DNA of 13,111 nt from NCBI GenBank assembly GCA_000388065.2, contig KB932203.1; one strand, given 5' to 3'. The position numbers and the translations under genes are program-made. Shown piece after piece: positions 1 through 6,960 of the stretch (within the stretch, counting starts at the first letter, position 1; the number at the start of each line of letters is the position of its first letter). The notes below the pieces were generated by a model. That model saw only the letters and a program-made list of their open reading frames with translations, was not told where the DNA came from and searched no databases. The stretch comes from Fonticula alba ATCC 38817 (lineage: Eukaryota; Protista; Nucleariida).

Positions 1-155
1 CCCCCTTTTTTTTTCTTTCCCGCGGGCACATTTGCCGGGCATGGCGCTGTCGGCGGCGCATTGTCTCTTTTCGTTCCCCCCCCCCCCCTCCCTTTCGACT
101 GACCGAGCATGCGGTTTTCTTGGGACCGCCTGTCCTTCCCCGTGCGATGATGCAG

Positions 156-811
156 CTGGCCGACATCCTCACCCCCACGCGGCGATTCATCGCCGAGGAG
201 ACCATCGCCCTGCTGAAGGCTCCGCCCACGGACCCGCCCACCGGCTCGGGCCCGGTGTTCGACAAGCGCCTGTACCTGTTCAATGATCTGGCCTTGTTGA
301 TCCATGTGACCGGGTCGTCCGGCATCGGGGCCAGCCCCTCGGGCGATGAGCAGCTCCGCCTGCTGGCGCGTGTGCCGCTAGAGTGCGCCTCGGTTGTGGC
401 CTGTCCCGTGTCCGACCAGGGCCTGCAATTGGTCCATGCGGCGCATGCGGTGTACTACATCATGTTCACCCGGGCGCCCATCTGCGCGCGTGTCCTGCCG
501 GAGATGATCCGCCTGGCCGAGGAGGAGGTCGAGCGCAGCGCCTTCGAGCGTGAGGCCGGCTTTGCGTCGCTCGATGACGGTGAGGATGAGACCTTCGATG
601 AGGACCTGGTCAGTGAGGGCGGCAGTGATGTCGTGGATCTGGACCAGGAGAGCAATGCCCGGGCAGCGGCCGCGGCCGCGGCCGCTGCCGCCGCCGTTGC
701 GGCTACCTCTCTCGTCGCGACGGCCGAGTCGCCCGATGCGCCAGGCCCGGCGCCGGTCGCCTCGCCGGTCCTCAGCACCCGGACTCCGTCTCACAGCTCG
801 GTCCAGTCAGC
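156..811 (+). CDS. Gene A, first visible exon (internal; gene starts upstream of window): PH domain of probable DH-associated (RhoGEF) type, then acidic stretch and poly-Ala
   Basis: Pyrimidine tract and CTGAC (100-104) precede acceptor TGCAG| at 155. Translation LADILTPTRRFIAEETIALL...KRLYLFNDLALLIHV...LLARVPLECASV...QGLQLV...YYIMF...VLPEMIRLAEE matches the 'P.RRFI.EG...R.L.LFND.LL' signature of PH domains following DH domains. Codons are strongly C/G-ending. Donor C|GTGCGT at 812, phase 2. Confidence 0.85.
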
Positions 812-868
812 GTGCGTGCCAACCGTGCCGTCCCATGCATGCCATGGTTGTTGTCGGGCTGTTCCTCC

Positions 869-904
869 TGTGTGTGTGTGTGTGTGTGTCTGTGTGTCTG
901 TGTC
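869..904. repeat. (TG)n microsatellite in gene A intron
   Basis: Visible TG run with a few C interruptions. Confidence 0.95.
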
Positions 905-975
905 CGTCCAGCGGCTAACGTGTCTCTCTTGCTCTTTGTGGATTGTTTTTTTTCCCTCCCTTGCCCCTTCACCAG

Positions 976-1357
976 CACCAGCTCCTTCCAGACGGCCGAT
1001 GCCGGGTCTGCCTCGGATGACGTCCCCGAGTTCCTGAAGGTCCGGAGCCAGCTCCGGCGATCGGTCTATTCGGCCACCGGGCCGGACACGGCGGCCGACA
1101 TGCCGACCTCGGGGCCTCCGCCGCTGGCGGCCAACCTGACCGCGTCGACCTCATCGGCCGAGGAGCCGGCCCCGCCGCCGGACGCCACGGCGGCCAAGGC
1201 AACGGATCGCCCGGCGCCGCCGAGCATCGAAGCCACTGCGTCCACCGCCGCCGGCACTTCGCCCTCCTCCATGAGCCCCTCTTCGAGCCCCTCGTCGCCT
1301 CCTCCGGCTCTGGCATCGCCGCGCACGCAGTCCGGCTGGTGGTCCTCCTTCAAATCG
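976..1357 (+). CDS. Gene A exon (Ser/Pro/Ala-rich linker, part 1)
   Basis: Branch CTAAC 915-919; first downstream AG is CAG 973-975, and the phase-2 join GC|C restores the frame of the 812..1471 ORF (TSSFQTADAGSASDDVPEFLKVRSQLRRSV...GWWSSFKS). A second in-frame CAG at 979-981 is also possible. Donor TCG|GTGCGC at 1358, phase 0. Confidence 0.8.
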
Positions 1358-1439
1358 GTGCGCGGGGCCCATGCTCGGTGGTGGGCGACAAGGCCTTCGG
1401 TGGTTTCCCCCTCCCCGTCCCCTGTCGGCTCGCTTGTTC

Positions 1440-1574
1440 TCTCCCCCTCCCTCTCTCCCTCTCTTCCCTGACCTTTCTCTCTTCCCCTCCCCCCCCCCCC
1501 TTTGCCCTCTGTTGTCCGTCTCCCTCTCTCCCCCCCCACCTCCTTCTCCTCCTCCTCCTCCTCTTCCTCCCCCC
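1440..1574. repeat. C/CT/CCT low-complexity pyrimidine tract in gene A intron
   Basis: Poly-C, (CT)n and (CCT)n runs upstream of the 1610 acceptor. Confidence 0.9.
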
Positions 1575-1610
1575 GTGCGTGTGCCCTCGGTCGCCTCGCG
1601 TGCCGAGCAG

Positions 1611-2345
1611 ATGTTCAACTCCTCCGAAACCATCCCCACGGATGAGGCTGCCGCGGCGGCGGCCGATGCCAAGCGGGCCAAGAAGCAGGAGAAGCTCGAC
1701 AAGAAGTCCGGCAAGAAGCGTCGGTCCGGCGTGCCCGCCATCTCGGACCCACTGCCGGCTGGAGCGCAGACGCCAGTGCCAGCCACCCCTACCAGCGCCG
1801 AGGCGCCCGCCCCGGGCTCCGGCAAGGCGGGCGATGCGCCGGTTGCCGCGTCCGACGTCGGCGTCAAGGCGGAGGCCGCGTCGGCTGCCACCGCAGCGGC
1901 GCCGGCCACACGCTCGTCCACCGCGCCGGTGGCCGTCAAGTCGACCGGGGCCCCGGGCCCGGGCGATGGCCTGGCAACCGGGATCGGAGCGATGGCCACC
2001 ATGGAGCCGCGTGCCAAGCCGGTGGGGGGTCCTCCTGCTGATGCGGCTGCCGCGGCGGCCGGGCGGCGCCCCGTGTCGGAGATGATCGCTGCCGTCAACC
2101 GCCGGGCGTCCATCAGCGAGAGCAGTGGCCCTGCTGCTGGTCTGCAGCGCAATGAGTCGTACCGCCGGTCGATGATGGCGTCCTCTGGCGGCACCGCCGG
2201 CGGCGTGACTGCCGCATCCAGTGGCGGAGCCTCTCGCGCTGCTGCAGGTGGCACCCCGGCGGCGGCGGCGGCGACCGTTTCAGACAAGACCATCACCTCT
2301 CTTGTGGCTACCGTGGCCGAGGGCGATATGGCCGACAACCTTGAC
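1611..2345 (+). CDS. Gene A exon (polybasic patch, Ala/Pro-rich linker, first strand of PX domain)
   Basis: Long pyrimidine tract, then GAGCAG| acceptor at 1610. In-frame MFNSSETIPTDE...KRAKKQEKLDKKSGKKRR...KTITSLVATVAEGDMADNLD. Donor GAC|GTGCGT at 2346, phase 0. Confidence 0.85.
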
Positions 2346-2474
2346 GTGCGTTCTCCTCCCTTGCGTCCACCAGGCATCCTCCTTCTTTCCCGATGTCCCT
2401 CCCGGCAGCTGTTCCGTGTGTCTCGGCCTCTTTCCCGCTGGCTAATTCTTTGCTCCTCCCCCCCCCCCTCCAAT

Positions 2475-2504
2475 ACGGACACGGACACGGACACGGACAC
2501 GGAC
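2475..2504. repeat. (ACGGAC)5 hexanucleotide repeat
   Basis: Five perfect copies located between branch site and 3' splice site of intron 2346-2518. Confidence 0.95.
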
Positions 2505-2518
2505 ATGCGCGCACGCAG

Positions 2519-3172
2519 ACGTACATCCTGTCGGTGAATGTCACCCATGAGGACGGCAGCAAGAACACCCTCTCGGTGAACAAGCTCTATCGGGACTTCT
2601 ATGCGCTGCATGTGGCCCTGGTCACGAGCTTCCCCTCGGAGGCTGGACGGGTGTCCTCCTCGCGGACGGGGCGCACCCTGCCGGACCTGCCCACGCGGCC
2701 GGCGACTCTCATCGACTCGCAGGAGAGCTTCAGCGATGTGATTGGCCCACGCACGCGCAAGCCTTCCATGATCGGGGGGGATGGGGCCGCCGGGTCGGAC
2801 GGCGCCGCCGCCCGGCCAGCCATCACGCACCACCAGCGCCTGGCGCATCGGCGCCTGGCGCGCGATCTGAACCGCTATATGCAGGTGGTTCTTGGGCACC
2901 CGGCCACCGTGTCGCTCAGTGCCCCGGTTCGGACCTTCCTCCTGACGCAGTCCGGTGCCGTGACTCCCGGTGGCGTTGGGCGGGCAGGTGCCTCGGCGGC
3001 GGTGGGGGCTTCTTCGGCGGTGGCCACCGCCGCGTCGCGGGCTCCCAGCAGTCCGCTGGATGATGGCGCGCCGCAGCGGCCGCGCGCCTCCTCCCCCCCG
3101 GCCGAGGTGGCTTCGGTGGTGGCTCCGGGCAGTATCCGTTCCAACCCCTTCTTCGCCGCCGATCGCCGTTGA
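2519..3172 (+). CDS. Gene A terminal exon: PX (phox) domain of p40phox/Bem1 class, low-complexity tail, NPF motif, stop
   Basis: Branch CTAAT 2442-2446, acceptor CGCAG| 2518. Translation TYILSVNV...KLYRDFYALHVALVTSFPSEAG...RTLPDLP...DLNRYMQVVLGHPATVSLSAPVRTFL contains the PX hallmarks (YxDFxxL, LPxLP loop, LNxY helix, final VRxF). TGA at 3170-3172. Confidence 0.9.
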   Translation, partial: TYILSVNVTHEDGSKNTLSVNKLYRDFYALHVALVTSFPSEAGRVSSSRTGRTLPDLPTRPATLIDSQESFSDVIGPRTRKPSMIGGDGAAGSDGAAARPAITHHQRLAHRRLARDLNRYMQVVLGHPATVSLSAPVRTFLLTQSGAVTPGGVGRAGASAAVGASSAVATAASRAPSSPLDDGAPQRPRASSPPAEVASVVAPGSIRSNPFFAADRR

Positions 3173-3284
3173 GAGAGAGGGAGAGAGGGAGAGAGGGAGA
3201 GGCGACGGGCCCCCCCTTTTCGCTTGGTCGCCGCTTTTTCTTGCTCCCCCCCGATGTGCTGCGTCTTTGTCATGAAGGTGGCAC

Positions 3285-3304
3285 TGTGTGTGTGTGTGTG
3301 TGTG
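3285..3304. repeat. (TG)10 microsatellite
   Basis: Direct reading; lies in the presumed 3' UTR of gene A. Confidence 0.95.
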
Positions 3305-3344
3305 CGCGCGCACCATGCGCGCGTGCGCGCATCGCTCTCTCAGC

Positions 3345-3378
3345 TTTGTAATATCCACAGCTATTTATACAAATAATT
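3345..3378 (+). terminator. Putative polyadenylation signal region of gene A
   Basis: Isolated AT-rich island (TTTGTAATAT...TATTTATACAAATAATT) in GC-rich DNA, about 170-200 nt after the stop. Contains TGTA and AAATAA. Inference only. Confidence 0.4.
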
Positions 3379-3547
3379 CCCCTGTCCCCCCCTCCTCCTT
3401 GTTCCTGGAGCTCAGGGTGGCCCGCAAAATGCACCCCTCACCCCTCCTTATTTTTTCTGATGCCACATTGCGGTGTGTCGCCCGCCGCCCACGCCCCTGG
3501 TGGCCTTTTTTTCTCCGGGGTTTCCTCCATTCTTCTTCGCACCAAGG

Positions 3548-3567
3548 GAGAGAGAGAGAGAGAGAGA
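3548..3567. repeat. (GA)10 microsatellite
   Basis: Direct reading. Confidence 0.95.
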
Positions 3568-4623
3568 GGGGGGGAGGGCCCGGGCGGATGATGCGCCAAC
3601 GCGCTGAATGTCTCTCTCGGCAATTAGCCGCGGGAGGGTCACGAGACCACTCATCTGGATCACCAGTCTCGCTACGCTTCGGCTATCGTGGTCGTCTGAT
3701 CGGGAATCAATCACGCGCTACATTCGCCACGGAAAGGAAGAAACGGTTTCGCATTCCTCCCTCGCCGCTAGCCAGGGGGCATCCGAGGTGGCTAGGTGAA
3801 ATGCACTTCCCCCCCGCCCCTCAGCCTGCCGAGCCCTCGCGTGGGGGGGGGGGAGGGAGGGCGAGGGGGGCGTCGGGTGTGCCATATTGTAGGGTGCCCG
3901 CGTATACATTAGCCCACCAATCCCGGGGGGTCTGGCCAGGAGGCGGACTAGATACACGGGCGGGCGGGCGGGGGGAGGGGGCTGTATCGGGGTCTACCCT
4001 ACTGCCTAGTCGCGCTCATGGCCGGGCGCGTGCGTGGGCGCGCAAACAGGGCACGCGCACGCGGCGCCTGCCTGCCCCTCGGCCGGGTTTTTCTTCCCGG
4101 GGTGACGACGTTCGCCCTGACCGATCTGCCGGGGCCGGGTGTCAGGACCGTTATCCTGGCTCGCCGCGCGGCGGTGTGCTCCTCCACACATGCTGCACGC
4201 ACGTCCGTGTGTGGGCGCGCATGCGGGCGCTCGGGCAGGCGCAATGTCCGCCCCGGCCGGGGCCCCGTCACTCCGCTCAAGGGCCAGTGCCACCTCGCTT
4301 CCGCCGCCCAGCATCCACCACAAGGCAACCTCCCCTCTTCCTCCCTCCTTCCCGCCCTCTCCTGCCTGCTCCCTGTGCCATCGTCCCTCCTCGCCTCGTC
4401 GTCTTCCCCACCTCCCTGTTTGTTACTCCTCCCCGTCTGGCTCTGCTCGGGTGTTTGTGTCCCCTCAAATGGTACTCCCTCTCCGCTGTGCCGTCCCTTC
4501 TCGCCCGATTGTGCCCGCGCGCTTGGCTCACGCTCTGCCCTGCTTCCCGGTCCCCCCCCCCCCCCACCCCCCCTTTTGTGGAAACAGAGCGGCTCCTCCT
4601 CGCCGAGCCGCCGTCTGGCATCC

Positions 4624-5064
4624 ATGGCGCTGGCCGTGGCGCTGGCCCTGCTGGCCCTGTCTATGGCCACCGCGGTTGCGTCGCCCGCCCCGGCCCCGGC
4701 CAAGGGTGAGCCGGTTGTCGCCGCCGCCGCCGCCGGTGGCGCTTCGGCCAACGCCGCCCGCTCCGACGTGGAGCAGATCCGTCGTGCTGGTGCCGGCGGT
4801 CCGGCCACCGCCATCGTCCCCGGTCACTCGATCATCGCCAACGGCACGGCCCCGTCCATTGTCTATCTGGATGGTGTGCCGAGCTCCGTCGGGTCGAATG
4901 ACTGGCACCCGGTTCTGTCGCTGGAGTCGCATGAGGTCCCCTCGGCCCCGGTGTCTTGCAGCCCCTTCGTCACCTCGCAGTCGACCACCTCCCTGAGCCT
5001 GGGCGGCGGTCAGGCCGATGGCGGCAGCCTTCTGGACTGGGTCCGCCGGCCGACCACCGACTCG
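4624..5064 (+). CDS. Gene B exon 1: signal peptide and N-terminal region
   Basis: ATG 4624; MALAVALALLALSMATAVA-SPAP is a hydrophobic h-region with an AxA cleavage motif; coding-like codon usage. Donor TCG|GTACGT at 5065, phase 0. A short upstream exon may exist (see findings). Confidence 0.85.
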
Positions 5065-5218
5065 GTACGTGTGCATTGTGTGGCCCACGCGGCCTGTCCG
5101 CCGGCCTGGAGCTCCGCTTTGCCTCATTCTCATTGTGCCCCCCCCTTCTCCCGGTGGTCCCTGGCCCATCTCCGCGCCTGCTTCCCGGACTGACCATTGG
5201 CATGTACCCCGGATCCAG

Positions 5219-5713
5219 GCCAACTCCTATTGCCAGATTGACTTCTCTGCGGATGGTCGCTACGCCGCCGTGCTGCAGGGTGTTCCCGGGTCGGCCGGTG
5301 CCACGGTGCCGGTGGCCATGTGGAACCTGTGGAACTCCACCACCGCCTCGGCGGAGCTGATGGACACCTACGCCAGCTCCAATGTCTTCACCTCGCCGCG
5401 GTCGATCTCCCTGATTGCCGATGGCTCGGCTCTTGCCATTGCCAACTCCCTGGAGACGGTCATCTTCCGCGTCGGCATGAAGGAGCCTTCGCTGGTGATT
5501 AAGTGCTCGGCGGAGAAGGTTCTCTTCTCGCGTGATGGCAGCTCTCTCTTCCTGGTCCCCACCAACCCCCAGCGGGGTGTTCTGCTGCGGCACTCCTGGT
5601 CCGGCACCGAGGGTGGCCTGCGTGTCGGTGTCTCGCAGGAGCCCGGCACCAAGGGCCTGACTCCGTCCAGCCCGGCTGACACCGGGCAGGCCGGTTGCCC
5701 GAGCGTGTTTAAG
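5219..5713 (+). CDS. Gene B exon 2: WD40-like beta-propeller blades
   Basis: Branch CTGAC 5190-5194, acceptor CCAG| 5218. Repeated blade motifs IDFSADGRYAAV...AMWNL, ISLIADGSALAIA, VLFSRDGSSLFLV. Donor AAG|GTGCGT at 5714, phase 0. Confidence 0.9.
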
Positions 5714-5766
5714 GTGCGTCGTCTGCTTACTCTGTGTCTGTCATTTCTTTTCGCAAGCATGCAAGC

Positions 5767-5880
5767 GTGTGTGTGTGTGTGTGTGTGTGTGTGCATGTGT
5801 GTGTGTATGTATGTGTGTCTGTGCATGTGTGTGTGTATGTATGTGTGCGCATGTGTGTGTGTGTGTGTGTGCATGTGTGT
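5767..5880. repeat. Interrupted (TG)n microsatellite containing a ~30-bp duplication
   Basis: GTGCATGTGTGTGTGTATGTATGTGTG occurs at 5791 and again at 5821. Confidence 0.92.
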
Positions 5881-6000
5881 CTGTACACATTTGCATGCAT
5901 CTTTACACATCTGCGTGTATCTGTGCACATCTGCATGCATCTTTACACATCTGCGTGTATCTGTGCACATCTGCATGCATCTGTGCACATCTGCGTGTAT
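5881..6000. repeat. Minisatellite: three 40-bp units, each of four related 10-mers
   Basis: Consensus CTGTGCACAT-CTGCATGCAT-CTTTACACAT-CTGCGTGTAT at 5881, 5921 and 5961, with few substitutions. Confidence 0.92.
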
Positions 6001-6146
6001 CTGTGTCTGGGCACATGCTTGTGTATTTGCGCGGACGCCTGTGCATGTACATGTGCTCGAGTACCTTGACTCACCTGCTCTTCCCTTGATGTTTCTTCTT
6101 TTCCTTTCTCCCCGCCCGCCTCATGCTATCCTCCGTTCGAGCGCAG

Positions 6147-6680
6147 ACCGTTGAGAACCCCATCCAGGCGATTGCTGGCTCGCATTGCAGCACGGCCGTG
6201 GCCATCGGCACCAAGTCCCATGTGCATGTCATCGACGTGCTCATGGCCCTCACGCTGGACGATCTGCCCATCGACCCGGCCTCGTCGAAGGTGATCTCGA
6301 TTGCCTTCAGCACTCCGACGCGCTTCCTGGCGGCCGGTCTTGATGGCGGCCGGGTGATGATCTGGCAGCATGGCGCCGAGACCGGGCGCTACTCGCCCTT
6401 CCGGACCATCCAGCTTGGCCAGCAGGCCGGCATCGTGTCCATCTCCTTCAACAATGAGTCCCAGACCCTGCATGTGGCCCTGTCCAACGGGTCGGTGGCG
6501 CTGCTGCACCCGAGCGACGGCTTCGAGTTCAAGGGCCATGTCGCCCAGCTGACCGGCATCGGCGGTGTCAAGGGCTTCTCCCTGCATCCCTCCGGCAATC
6601 TGTATGGTGTGTGCTCCGGTGGTCCGGCTTCCGGCCCGGCTTCCATCTGGCACAACTCCCTGGGTCACTACTCCAAGCAG
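6147..6680 (+). CDS. Gene B exon 3: WD40-like beta-propeller blades
   Basis: Acceptor CGCAG| 6146 in frame. Blades VISIAFSTPTRFLAAGLDGGRVMIW, IVSISFNNESQTLHVALSNGSVALL, VKGFSLHPSGNLYGVCSGG...ASIW. Donor CAG|GTGTGT at 6681, phase 0. Confidence 0.9.
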
Positions 6681-6846
6681 GTGTGTTTGGCCTTTTGTCC
6701 TTGTGATGTTTTTTCATTTTCTCCGCGCTCCATTTTCCATTCTCCTCCTCATCGTGTGTCATTCGCTCATGCCTGGGCTCTTGTCTTTGCTCATGCTCGG
6801 CCTTTCTGCCTCGCTCCTCCCTTCTCTCCTTTTCTTCCTGTCTCTT

Positions 6847-6912
6847 CCTCCTCCCTCACCTCCTCCCTCACCTCCTCCCTCCCTCCCCCCCCCTCTCTCT
6901 CTCTCTCTCTCT
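6847..6912. repeat. (CCTCCTCCCTCA)~3 followed by poly-C and (CT)n
   Basis: Direct reading within intron 6681-6960. Confidence 0.85.
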
Positions 6913-6960
6913 CCTCCCCCTCCGCCCCCCGGTGTCATGACCAAAAAAAAAACCCCATAG

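Noticed and set aside
156-3172. Naming gene A BEM1, NCF4 or CDC24
   Set aside because: No SH3 or PB1 domain is visible and the 5' part of the gene is outside the window.
3301-3332. Palindromes GTGCGCGCGCAC and ATGCGCGC-GT-GCGCGCAT
   Set aside because: Expected by-products of (TG)n/(CG)n alternating repeats; no evidence of transposon ends or target-site duplication.
1151-3358. 735-aa minus-strand ORF, and other long antisense ORFs (378..794, 6868..8094, 4528..5223, 6126..6668)
   Set aside because: Antisense shadows of GC-rich + strand exons. They run through microsatellites and introns, are Arg/Gly/Pro/Ala-rich and show no domain motifs.
3588-3705. Possible box C/D snoRNA (ATGATG at ~3588; CTGA at ~3604 and ~3696)
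   Set aside because: Box C is imperfect (ATGATGC), there is no proper terminal stem in k-turn register, and no rRNA-complementary guide could be identified by eye.
5881-6000. Regular repeat resembling a CRISPR array
   Set aside because: Units are directly adjacent with no unique spacers, the context is a eukaryotic intron, and no cas genes are present.
5368-6089. His-Thr and Cys-Val repeat ORFs resembling metal-binding peptides
   Set aside because: Direct translation of (TG)n/(CA)n and the 40-bp minisatellite inside a well-defined GT-AG intron.
6139-6141. Alternative GAG acceptor just upstream of 6146
   Set aside because: It shifts the frame and would hit stops; GAG is a weak acceptor compared with the in-frame CAG.
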